DNA of 64,000 nt from Setoptus koraiensis (Eukaryota; Animalia; Arthropoda), in the NCBI GenBank assembly GCA_048013815.1, contig CM106586.1:5518001-5582000 (forward strand), in the 5' to 3' direction. The notes below the pieces were generated by a model that searched no databases, was not told where the DNA came from, and worked only from the letters and a program-made list of their open reading frames with translations. The position numbers were made by a program, and so were the translations under genes. Positions 47,968 to 59,731 of the stretch are shown here, piece by piece (the first letter of the stretch is position 1; each line of letters starts with the position of its first letter).

Positions 47968-49110
47968 ATGATTTCGAGATTCTCTCAAAGAAGATTTATT
48001 AGTCAGTTGGCGCTAACACCAGTAAAATCAGGCCTAAACTGGCAAGCCCACGAAGATAATCCTCTCAAGCACAACAAAGATCATTTGGGGCTCTTCTATG
48101 ATATTCCGAGAAAAAACCTAGCATCTATATATGCTGACCCTAAACCAATGCAAAGGAATTTGAACCAGCTCTATGACGCTCTTGGTAGAGTGTCGATCAT
48201 GATAAGGAAGCCTGCGTTGGATATCATGAACTATTTGAAATGTTTGGATTACAGTAAACCCACGACACGTTTCCTTCTCTATGGAGAATTTGGAGCAGGA
48301 AAAACTATGACATTGTATCATCTACAACATTACATGCACTGTCTTGGGGATCATTTCCTAGTATATGTGCCAAAGCCATCAGAATGGACCGAATCTCCCT
48401 CTGATCAAGCGGAATCTCTCTCCCGGCCAGGACGGCTCGATTTGCCTATCGATTCAGCTTACTATCTACAGAAATTCAAAATCATCAACTCTGATCTCCT
48501 GCAAAAGTATGGTGATAAAATGACGTGCAGCCGTGACTACAACTGGAGCTCTCGTGAGATGACTATAAAAGGAGAACCTATCACAAATGTTATAGAGCAT
48601 GGAATAAATCGTGTGAATCATGCTTCCGATTGTCTAGCTGTGCTACTCAAGGAACTTAAGAGATGTGCCAATGAGGGCCTGATTAAAGTGTCTGTTCTAG
48701 TCGACAAAGTTAATCTATTTTATCTGGACGAACCACGGCTAAAACATAATGATAAGAAGGTCGCATATGCAGACGACATTACTCCCGCGAGGGCATTCAA
48801 AAAATTGTTCAAAAATGATTGGAATGGCGGAGTCGTCATCGCTGCTGTTGAGAAGGATGTTGTCGATAAGTCCCCAAACGTTCAACCAAGAACACTACTG
48901 ACTATAGACGGTTGGAATACCTTCGAGCCTTGCTTGCCTATAGAAGTCCCAAAATACAGTCGCAAAGAGTTTGAGACTTGTATGAACTATTACCAAGGTA
49001 CTAGGTGGCTACAGAGAGCTGAGTCTATGACCGAAGAGGGCCGGGATGAAGTTAGATTTGTTAGCGCATTGAATCCACACGAAGTGTTTCGTGTTTGTAA
49101 ACATTTATAA
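47968..49110 (+). CDS. DAP3: Mitochondrial 28S ribosomal protein S29 (death-associated protein 3), intronless
   Basis: IMIRKPALDI; P-loop LLYGEFGAGKTMTL; GRLDLPIDSA; KNDWNGGVVI; PIEVPKYSRKEFETCMNYY; FVSALNP. Confidence 0.93.
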   Translation: MISRFSQRRFISQLALTPVKSGLNWQAHEDNPLKHNKDHLGLFYDIPRKNLASIYADPKPMQRNLNQLYDALGRVSIMIRKPALDIMNYLKCLDYSKPTTRFLLYGEFGAGKTMTLYHLQHYMHCLGDHFLVYVPKPSEWTESPSDQAESLSRPGRLDLPIDSAYYLQKFKIINSDLLQKYGDKMTCSRDYNWSSREMTIKGEPITNVIEHGINRVNHASDCLAVLLKELKRCANEGLIKVSVLVDKVNLFYLDEPRLKHNDKKVAYADDITPARAFKKLFKNDWNGGVVIAAVEKDVVDKSPNVQPRTLLTIDGWNTFEPCLPIEVPKYSRKEFETCMNYYQGTRWLQRAESMTEEGRDEVRFVSALNPHEVFRVCKHL

Positions 49111-49443
49111 ATAAAAGTCAATTCTTAAAACAGCATTTTTATTAGCACGTTGAAAGTGGGGTCCCACAATAGATTGTTTTGCCAAATCATAGAATCAGGC
49201 GTTGAAGAAACGTTTAAATTTTGCGCGGATGCCTCTTTCTTGCAAGGTATGTTTGTATCGGTTTGTCTGTGCGCCAGCTCTCGAATATTCTCGATGAGAG
49301 ATCGAGAAAATTCTCACTAACAAGTAAAGTCGCGTCGGCAAATACCACATGGACTGCATAAACATACTCACTAATTTGTACTATCTGGATATTATATGAT
49401 TTATTTGGGTAAGAATTTTGTTTGAAGTATTACCATCGACACA

Positions 49444-50494
49444 ATGTCTAACAAAGAACAAGCACAGACAGAGAAGAATCTTGGCAATGAGGCCTACAAG
49501 AAAAAAGATTTCGAGAAGGCCTTACAGCACTACCAGAAAGCGGCAGAACTCGATAATACCGATATGACATTCTTAACCAACAAGGCAGCAGTATACATGG
49601 AACAAAAGAAATATGATGAGTGCATTAGCGAATGTCAGCAGGCCATTGAGGTTGGCCGTGAAAATAGAGCAGACTTCAAGATTATCGCCAAAGCCTTCTC
49701 ACGAATCGGTGCCGCATACCAGAAAAAAGATGACCTGGAGAATTCGAGGACATTCTATCGTAAATCTCTTTCAGAACACAGAACACCAGAAACTTTGTCC
49801 AAATTGAGCGAAGTTGAAAAGATTATAAAAGACAGAGAGCTTGCCAGTTATGTTAATCCGGAATTGGCGGTAGAGGAAAAGAACAAAGGTAATGAATTTT
49901 TCCAAAAAGGAGACTACCCATCCGCCATCAAGCACTACACAGAGGCCATCAAGCGTAATCCAGATGACGCCAAATTATACAGTAATCGCGCTGCCTGTTA
50001 TCAAAAACTATTAGAGTTACCCTTGGCGTGTAAGGATGCTCAAGAGTGTATCAAGCGCGATCCAAAATTTGTCAAAGGACACATCAGGCTTGGTCTGGCT
50101 TTACTTGGTCTCAAGAAAACTACTGAAGCAGCGGATGCTTACAGAGCCGCATTGGAAATCGATGAAAATAATCAGGAAGCTCTCGAAGGTTACAGAAAAG
50201 CCATCGGCTCATCAGATCCTGAGGACATCAGGAAGAGGGCCATGAACAATCCCGAAATTCAAGAAATTTTGCAAGATCCTGCTATGAGAATGATATTAAC
50301 TCAAGGCCAAAACGATCCAAAAGCCCTTACAGAGTAAGTAATATTTTCAAATTGTCTCCGCTTAGCACTCACCAAAGAACGTTCCCTGCTAAATATCTTG
50401 TTCCACCCTTCTTCTTTACAGACATCTTCAAAATCCAGAAGTTAGAAAAAAGTTCCAAAAACTCATGGAGGCCGGTATAGTATCTATCAAGTAA
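49444..50494 (+). CDS. STIP1: STI1/Hop co-chaperone, short form (TPR2A-TPR2B-DP2); exons 49444-50333, 50422-50494 (320 aa)
   Basis: KNLGNEAYKKKDF (TPR2A); KNKGNEFFQKGDYPSAIKHYTEAIKRNPDDAKLYSNRAACY (TPR2B); PEIQEILQDPAMRMIL spliced (GTAAGT...TTTACAG) to HLQNPEVRKKFQKLMEAGIV (DP2). Confidence 0.95.
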
Positions 50495-50781
50495 AGAGAC
50501 TAGGATCAAAATTTTTTAGTTTAAGTTGTTGGATCGTTTCTTTCTGACAGGCTTAAATCAGACAATTAATAAAACAAGTGGTCACGTCTTTCCAACGAGA
50601 CTACGTGACTTCAGAACGGCGCGCGAATAAAATTTGTCAAAAGGTCGTGTGTATCATATCAACAAGAGGTTGTCGTAACTTAATTTTTGTCCGGCGCAAT
50701 CACTGTTGCGGCAGCAAGTGCGTCAATGCATAACTTCTTCCGGTCAGTTCCGGAGAGAGCGAGAGAGAGGCATCATATAAT

Positions 50782-50805
50782 AGAGAGAGAGAGAGAGAGA
50801 GAGAG
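50782..50805. repeat. (GA)n microsatellite next to a CpG-rich segment with CTTCCGG/TTCCGG ETS-like sites
   Basis: Seen directly at 50738-50805. Confidence 0.85.
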
Positions 50806-53800
50806 TAGTCGTTGAAGTTTGTGCGCCAACATGTATGAAGTTATGCATGAACAAACTCCATTGTCTCTTTACCTTAATTTCTCATATATTCGAATTTGGC
50901 GAACATAATGATTGCTGCAATCATTATAATCAAGCACAACAAAAGGATAAACACATTAGAGTTGTCAACCAAAAAGTTGATTTCCGGACTGACGCGGGTT
51001 TGCTTTTGTGTGTCGATCCTAGATTCATTTGATTGGTTGAGCACTTGCTCTGACAGTAACAACCTGTTGCTATCAACTTTGCTTTCATGATTTTACGCTC
51101 GGGCTGAGGCATAGTCCTCAACTTGATTCTCCACCCGATTTTTTTATGTACTATTTGAGCTATAAGGTAATCATCATGTGTCACGAGATTGAGAGAATTA
51201 GATTGACGATAAGCGTGCTGTTTCATACACAAACGCAGAGACATTCAAAAACACGTATTGGTTTATTCTGGGACCAACAGCCCACTGACTAACATCAACT
51301 AGGCAGTGTATACTTTGATGTTATTAATAGTGCACAACATTATTATAATATTATTATCTCAACATTATTATTAATAATAACTGGTGTAGGGAGAGATTGT
51401 TAATGGTCGTCGTTGTGGTTGTTTGACCACATAATAATTAGTCAATGCACAGTGTGTGATTAGTGATGAATCATAGAGTGTGAGAAATTGTGTAACACCG
51501 TTCTTTAACTTCTACCATTACTTCCTTCCTTCCTTCCTTCTCTATCCTGTATTGTCTTTTGGCCACATTAAAAACTAAGCGTGTACATGTGTGACATCAT
51601 TAATATTAATACACTTTATATTGTAATATTACTATACTATTTGTCACTGCAACAATAAATACACTTCTGATTCTACGCAGATATAGCAAAGCAACTGGCT
51701 AGTGTCACTGTCGTCGTTGTGACAAAAATGGTCACACTTGAAAAGGTCCCGTTTCTAAGTTCATCTCTTGCGATGGTCGCCATCCTCATCATCGTCTTCT
51801 TCTTGATTCAATCTATTTGATAAGGAGCACAACAAAAAGAGCACAACAACAAGAGAGAATTGAATGGGAATGAGAAAGAATAAGTATAGACTAGGGTAGT
51901 TATTAACGCATCATCGCCATCTCAGCCACCACTATGACAAACTGTTGACAAAGACTTCAGAATCACGTCACCTGAACTCCAACTTTCCACTCATTTTATT
52001 GCTCACAAAGAGGATGCTGGTTATATTATAGTTATATAACTGATGACTGGCAAAGGTGTAGCATATGTTGTACCGGTTGTGACTACTCTCTAACCGTGAT
52101 GCTGTGGTTTGTGTGTGTGGACGTGTATGATTGGCGGTGGTCAAGAAACTCAATTGTCGGACAGCAGTCGCTATCAGCGATGGAGCATGATGATGCGGCC
52201 ATCACTTTTACGTGGCCTCATCACGTTTATCGCCTATTGTTTGCTCTTTAACACTTGACGACAATTCACTTCGACTTCTCGGTATCAATTCGTTGTTGCT
52301 TTTCTAACTTAACACTAACTTCGATCTCAGAAGTTAGAGTGAGTAGGGATGTAGTGTTTGCGTTCGATTGCGCCTACCATGTGTCTCTTGTTCTATCACA
52401 ACTACTCTGCTTTTTCGATATATCACACACAATAGACACCAATGGTCCTACAATCTGTTGTCTGAAGTTGGAGTTTAGTGAGGAACTGTGCCGAAGCACG
52501 AGAGGAGCTAGTCACACATTGAATGGATTTTGGCGTGCTGCAGAAGTGCTCGAAGCGCAATCGATTTGCGACTGTTAGAATGGCGTTACAAAGTTGTTAC
52601 ATTAGATAATTGAAATCGATATCAAGTGTCACGTAATAAATCAATAGGCATACCAGTATATAAAACGTTCATGGTGCACGTGCAAGAGTCACCTTGACCA
52701 ATTACTATTGATCAACCATTCAAATCAACCAATATACTCTATGTTTGCTTATTGGTTGTCCATTTGTTTGTCCATCAACATTGGGCACGATCAATTTAAT
52801 GTTACTAGAGGCCTCAGTCTGATCTCGCAATTGTCCAACAATTCCGCTGCAGCTAATTAGCCAGCTATATAATCGATTGAACTGAAAACGTACATTAGAT
52901 TTGTCATACACATATCTTGTGCCCTTGAAAATCGACACGAATACAAATAGTTGAATATCTGTTATTCTTGGGTTCCGCCGTCGTGGAAAAAAGCGAGAAC
53001 GTCGGACGCAGGTACCGGTTTACAAAAATATATATGACTTTGCCGCAGAGTGCCGTATAATATACATTTATATTATATTATATAACAGTTGCTGTATGAT
53101 ATCAGTAGGGCCAGTGGTATGGTGGCAACGCTGGAAATTGCACGCATGAGCTCCATCACGAATGAGAGAAGATTAAAAGATTCATTCATTTTTATGAATG
53201 GACGATGATACTCGTAGTGGTGTCCATTCGCACTGAGTACAGGTAAATCTCTTTTCTCTACTCAGCATTGCTCAATTATGACCACTACATCCTGTCCGAT
53301 TTCACCATTTCTGCTGTGTCGCAGGGTGACATTGGACTGGACAGGATCGACGTTCCAGTTCTCCTCATGTGTTTAGATTATAGCGCATGACTGTTGCGTC
53401 AACTACTGGCCGTGTTAGATCTATCATCGTCATCAGTATATTTGGTAATGGTAATCTCTCAGGTAAAATGTCTGTATGTATGTGAGTGTGCCTGTGTGTA
53501 TCAAAATAGTTGTGGTAATGCATAGGCAGTAGTGAATAGAATCAGAATAGGGCCAGGATGAATGGTAGTGGTCAACACTCACAATTCGCATGTGAGCCAA
53601 CAACAATATGTATTGAAACTGTACAGTAACAATATGTTATAAATAAACACAGAGTCAATCTATTCAATTGATATGGTGGCGATACAAACAACCGACGCTA
53701 GCGACCAGCACATAAATAACGACCAAGCAACTCTAATAGAATATCCGATCTGACACAAGTTGCTCGTCGATTCTATATGTTGTTGCCATCTCATGAAATC

Positions 53801-56800
53801 TCTTCTCTGCCTATATAGCTGGCTGGCCGGTCGACCGGCTAGTTGGCTATATCATCCATCTAATAATGTTCAATGAATAGATTAATGAGATGTCCTATAT
53901 AAGTGTGCGCCTAGTTGTCGACCAGCACAAACACACGACTCAAGCATTAGCCAAGTTGAGTGAGTTGACCATGAAAAGAGGTAGTATTGGTAGTGGACAC
54001 ATTTTAGGTTATGTTTGTCAGATCATTTAGAGACAGCGATGTCGTTTGCGATGTGTAAGGACGGTTTACAGAAGTTTGTTGAGTTGACTTGTATATGGGT
54101 GCTTGTATATGTGTGCTCACAACACAAAGGGACGACAACGGTGATGCTGAGTTGAATTTAGTAGTGGCGAGATGATGCATTCTTTTTCTTTTGCGTCAGA
54201 AGAGAACGCACAAAGGACACGCAAGAGAACTGTACCGCTGTGGCTTTGGCTGCGGCTGTCTTTGTTGTTGCACACCATAGAAAGACAATTAAATGTACCT
54301 GTCTAATTATTGGCCAACTACTTGACCACCATCATGGCGCATGCATGGAGGCTTCATGAGGCCATGTGTCTATCAATATAGCTTCATCTGTATATAACGC
54401 TGGCATCCATTCAATAAGGTCTCGTTGTTGCTGCTGGCCGGCTGTCTGACTGTCTGGCTGGCTGCATCTATCTATTGCCATTGTCATTGTCGTTTGTATG
54501 ACACAATAACCCTAACAATAACTACAAGTCGACTTTAGCTGAATAGATGTAGTCGACGAACGAACTCTACTCACCACACAGAATCTCTCGGGCATGTATT
54601 GCATGGAGAGAGCTTTAGCTGTTAAATGCCCCCCCTCTACTGTGTGCTTGAACTCTGACTAATTCTCTCTCTCTCTCTCCTATTTTTGTTACATAATAAC
54701 TCGGCTGCAGACACTCTGCCAGCAGCCACAACAATTCCGTAACAGAGCACTACGCGCTGCAGCGCTTCATAAAAGAGCCTTATTTGTGATGTTACGTCAC
54801 GCAAGTCATGTCGGTGATGATGATGAAATGATGATATTATGTGCAAGCATTAGGTATCGTGATTGTAATGGTGATAGTTGCACTCTATCATAGTTTGTGT
54901 CCTATCTGCATGACGAAATAGGCTCATTTGAAAAGGCCGCCATACACTAGCAGCGGTCAGCGACTAGAGTCATTAAGAGTCACCACAGCACAGGTATAAA
55001 CGGCATAACTACTAGTGGTATGTGTCGGTTAAGCAAACAACACGAACAATATGCGCCTTTGTGCTAATGAAAAAGTGTCCCCTGTCCCTCGAAATTACTA
55101 TTAGATTGCTAGACGAGACATGATTGTTCATTGAGCGACGGTTTATCCTTTTTGTGTGTGCACTCACAGCGCACACATAATCTGTTTGTGTATAATAATT
55201 TATTATCATTATCATTTATATAGATTTGGGGGGGCCGATATGCATATTGATAGAATAACATTGGTATTGGTGTTAACTTGTTCAGTCCTTGTTGTTTGCA
55301 ATTTATATAATATCTTATATAATAGTAATAATAGTAATGTGTGAGTGTGATATCTGGTTTTGTTTTGTTGTTTGCATCTTTGGTGTCTTGGAATTGGTTT
55401 CGTTGGTCCCCGGTTCCTATCAGCTCTTATCATTTTTTCTTTCTCTTGAATCAATTCCTTGCTATCATCATTGTTGTCGTGTCCCGAGTAATAATGAGAA
55501 TTAATTTAATTTATTTCCTATCTATTGTAGTGGCAACCTAATCTCGCGGGCTTGCCGCGCATCACAACTGGCTGACTAAATGCGGCTGCCCATGCTGTTC
55601 AGCACTGTTCCGTTTTTGTTGCCTTCCCCCAATTTGCAGACGGTGCCAGAGTGAACAGCGAATATTTGTGTGGACTCATCATCTGGTCGCGAGCCGAACC
55701 CATCGTGCACGAGCCGAATGTGCGCGCAAGCATCTGAAGGGGGAAGACACACAGACACCGGTTATGACTCACAACTTGCGACACACACACACTCGAATCG
55801 AGTGACTCGTTCGTACGAACGAGCCCTGAAAAAGTTCGCTCGTTCACATGTTAGCACAGCGCGACACACACAGCCTTGGAGAAACGTGTGGACATCTTAT
55901 AGGACAACAGCGCGTGTGTGTGCGCTATGGTGTGTGCATGTGCGCGCTCGATCATTCGATCTTGAGTGGTGGCCAGTTCAGTTCGGTTACAACTTGGGCA
56001 ACTTGGCAAGGCTTGCCAAAAGCCACACAATCAGTTGGCCGAATAGTATTGAATCTGATGGAATCGCGTGCCGCGCAACGATTGAACAGTGCGTATTTTT
56101 TCGCGATTAACGCGTGCCAATGGCCGCCCGCGGCTGATTAGATCGCTGGCCAATTCACTGGCAAGTTGCAACATTTGTGCTGGCCATTCTATTGTGTGTT
56201 CGTGTTTGTGTGTTCTGTGCCTGTTCTACATGGCACTTGCAATGTTATCACTGGCTGCATCGTGAATCCGCGCGCGCTTAGTCAACCAATCACGATCACT
56301 GCACCGCAATCACGTCGCTGACTAAATTGGCCAAACACACACAAACTAACATGAGACTTGTGACACACATAATGCAAACAGTGCTGCACAATATAGGCGG
56401 AAAGATGTTTTCTGGCGACAACATGCAGCAGCAACACGCAGACAGCAGTTTGAGGCTGCAATATAGGCCAACTTTGTTGCTGCGGCCTGTCGAATCACAG
56501 CACAGCATAACAGGCAAGCAATGTTATTCAACACGATGATGGCAGCCACGAAGAGTGAATCACGTGTACATGTCGTTTCATTTGTGCATAATCCTCGTTA
56601 TGATTATCGAACAACAACAACGATTCGCAATGTCGCTGCGTGATTGAACTTGCTGTCCTATAATGAGCCCAATAGCGAATCATCTGATATGGCAAATTTG
56701 CTGAGGCCACGGCTGGCTCGTTGATGGCGTCGTTGTAAGTGCGCATATGAGCCGTATTTATCAAGCTACGACTCTGCTCTTGCGGAATTGCAGCTAGTAT

Positions 56801-56888
56801 CATCATATAGGAGTAGCTCTTGGTTAGTTCATCACCAATGAGCTTGTTATTGTTGCCGTTGAATCGATGCTGTTGTTGTCGTTGCGTC

Positions 56889-58751
56889 TCACATGTGTCG
56901 TTTCATGTGCAACGACAAATGATCCGAGCGCGAGAATGCCCTCTCGCACAATCTACAATGGAACGGTCTGTCACCGGTGTGTTTCCTATAATGTCTAGTC
57001 AATTCATCTGATCTGGCAAATTTCCAGCCACAACCTTTCCAATTGCATTGATAGGGCTTCTCGCCGGTGTGAGTGCGCAAATGGGCCTTCAAATGGCTAC
57101 TCTTAGAATAGGTCTTATTGCAGGTATTATTATAGGAGCAAGTATGTAGTGTTAACTTTTTTGGTCGTTTGGCTCGCCGACCTCTTTTGCCTTTGACGGT
57201 TGCACCAGCCACAACTGTCGTTGTTATGCTATTGCTGTTGTTGCTGGTGTTATTATTGTTATTGTTGTGGTTGCCGACTTGATGAACTGACAAGAGTGGC
57301 GGCACAAGCTGCTGCTGTTGTTGTTGTTGGTGTTGCATTGGCTGTTGTGCGTTGTCGATGACAACAGTCTGTTGTTGGTGTTGTATTGATTGTTGTGCGC
57401 TCTCAATTACAACAGTCTGTTGTTGTTGGTTGGTGGCCGAATTGAATGGATGCTGATAATGCTGATACTGTTGTTGTTCTTGCTGTTCCATATGATGATG
57501 TTGCAATGGATCATGCTGAAGATGCTGGTGTTGCGGCTGGTGTTCATGGTGGAGGTTTTCATGATGATGATGCTGATGATGATGATGATGGTGATGTGGT
57601 TGATGATGGGGATGCTGATGCATGTGCTGCTGATGATGATAGTCAAAACAAAAGTCCTGATCGGTGGTTGTAGAATCTGGCAAGATGCCCATTGACGAAT
57701 CAAGTGTGACATTGTGATTGAGAGGACTGAGATTAATGTGATTGAGAGGACTGAGATTAATGTGATTAAGATTGTGATGATCAACTGTTTGTTGTTGTTG
57801 TTGCTGTTGAACAACATGGACCTGAACATGGATCTGATTGTTGTTGTAATCAATTTGCAGCTGTTGGTTGTGATTATTTGTCATGTGATCGGAGCCTATT
57901 TGATCAAATGAACTGCCATTTGATCCAATTTGGTGTGACTGGCTAGTTGAGGCTGGATTTTGTTGCTCGACATCTCCCAAATATGGCAACGTCATCGCAC
58001 TGTTATCCTGATCATGATGCTCGCTAATCAGCTGAGCTGGTGGTTGGCCACCATCACTTGGATCATAATGATTATTAGTGTGGCCATTGATTAGATGCTG
58101 TTGCTGAGCTTGCTGGAGTTGATGGTGACTGGACTGAAGAATTTGTTGCTCGACATCTCCTAAATATGGCAACGTCATCGCACCGTTATCCTGATCATGA
58201 TGCTCACTAATCAGCTGAGCTGGTGGTTGGCCACCATCACTTGGATCATAATGATTATTAGTGTGGCCATTGATTAGATGCTGTTGCTGAGCTTGCTGGA
58301 GTTGATGGTGACTGGGCTGAAGAATTTGTTGCTCGACATCTTCCAAATATGACAACGTCATCGCACCGTTATCCTGATCATGGTGCTCGCTAATCAGCTG
58401 AGCTGGTGGTTGGCCACCATCACTTGGATCATAATGATTATTAGTGTGGCCATTGATCAGATGCTGTTGCTGAGCTTGCTGGAGTTGATGGTGACTGGGC
58501 TGAAGAATTTGTTGTGAGGCTTGTTGCTGTATATCATGATGGTGATAATTACCATTCATTTGTGTGCTATCATCATCTAAAAATCCATCAACAAATGCTA
58601 TCTGTTGTTGGTGATGATGATAGCTATCGGCATTATAATAGTTGTCTGTGTGATGATGCCCGTTAATTTGACCAAACAACAAGCTGCCATGTTGGCCAGG
58701 GCCACCATTAGGTGTGTATTGTAAAATTTGTTGCTGAGATGATGTCATCAT
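56889..58751 (-). CDS. Kruppel-like factor, KLF1/2/4 type, with a Gln/His-rich N-terminus; intronless, 620 aa
   Basis: Three C-terminal C2H2 fingers ([18 protein letters not shown]...[18 protein letters not shown]...[15 protein letters not shown]) preceded by the basic KGKRGRR motif, as in KLF2/4. Confidence 0.95.
   Translation of the reverse strand: MMTSSQQQILQYTPNGGPGQHGSLLFGQINGHHHTDNYYNADSYHHHQQQIAFVDGFLDDDSTQMNGNYHHHDIQQQASQQILQPSHHQLQQAQQQHLINGHTNNHYDPSDGGQPPAQLISEHHDQDNGAMTLSYLEDVEQQILQPSHHQLQQAQQQHLINGHTNNHYDPSDGGQPPAQLISEHHDQDNGAMTLPYLGDVEQQILQSSHHQLQQAQQQHLINGHTNNHYDPSDGGQPPAQLISEHHDQDNSAMTLPYLGDVEQQNPASTSQSHQIGSNGSSFDQIGSDHMTNNHNQQLQIDYNNNQIHVQVHVVQQQQQQQTVDHHNLNHINLSPLNHINLSPLNHNVTLDSSMGILPDSTTTDQDFCFDYHHQQHMHQHPHHQPHHHHHHHQHHHHENLHHEHQPQHQHLQHDPLQHHHMEQQEQQQYQHYQHPFNSATNQQQQTVVIESAQQSIQHQQQTVVIDNAQQPMQHQQQQQQQLVPPLLSVHQVGNHNNNNNNTSNNSNSITTTVVAGATVKGKRGRRAKRPKKLTLHTCSYNNTCNKTYSKSSHLKAHLRTHTGEKPYQCNWKGCGWKFARSDELTRHYRKHTGDRPFHCRLCERAFSRSDHLSLHMKRHM
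57715..57770 (-). repeat. Short in-frame tandem duplication (24 bp, NHINLSPL x2) in the KLF CDS
   Basis: GTGATTGAGAGGACTGAGATTAAT occurs twice in tandem. Confidence 0.9.
57961..58514 (-). repeat. In-frame tandem repeat, 3 x 183 bp (61 aa), inside the KLF CDS
   Basis: TGTTGCTCGACATC recurs at 57961, 58144 and 58327, spaced exactly 183 bp. Unit: [61 protein letters not shown]. Confidence 0.97.
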
Positions 58752-59731
58752 GGTGAGAGATTCATTAGATGTAATAGTAGTATCAATCTGTTTGTTTTTT
58801 ATCTGATCTAATTGACATGATTGCTAAATGTGTTATATTTGTTTTCTATGAAGCAATTGTAAACTATGTGATGCAATAGTTGCGTAGAAGAGAAACTGGA
58901 AGTGTTATTCGAATTGTTGTTGCTGTACTGCCACACTGGAGGAACTATAAATGAACATTCAATGGCCGCTGGGATGTTCGCTGCTTGGTGAGAATTTTTC
59001 GAATGTGCTCGTTTGCGCACGCAGTCGTCGCCAGTTCGATTCGAACGTTCGCTGCGAACTGCGAACAGCAGCGACGGCGGCGACGGGGGAAGCGAATGTA
59101 GGGGACAAGCACTTTGCCGCCACTTCTCTGGCGTCGCTCGTTGACTAACAGTGCGCGCGTAGCGTAGTTGCGCAACTCAATTATGTCCTGTTGGTTGCTA
59201 GTTGGCCAGCGACCAATACAATGCCAAGATGACCAACTGATCCAGCATAAAAAAGAGAGAAAAGATGGGGTCAATACCAAATAGTCTACTGAGAACAACA
59301 ACAACAACAACTAGTAACACACAGTCAACAATCAGTCATTAAATGTGGGCAGACTGAGCGGCGATGATGATATGAGACGACGACGACGACCACGATGATG
59401 ATGATACGTTATGCAAATGCGATATTGTTTTTGCTGCTAGTTTGCTTGTTCCTGGATCGGCCGGTCACTTTCTTCTTATTACGGTGATATACAATGATAC
59501 ATTACATAACGTAGCAGTTCTGGCTGACAATAGGCAAAAGGAGCGCCCAAGCCAGTTCGAGCCACTTGAGAGCACAGCAAAGTTCGGCATCTTCGTCAGC
59601 GTATTGCTCATCTCATTGTGTCTAGAGGTATATTTTTTGATAATAGTTAATTATAAATATTATTATTATTCTACTAGTATAACGGATGTACCCGACGCAA
59701 CAAGTGTGTGAGGGCGTAAGGTAATCACGAG

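Noticed and set aside
55403-55425. TTGGTCCCC, identical to the 5' end of miR-133
   Set aside because: The rest does not match the mature miRNA and no hairpin partner arm is apparent.
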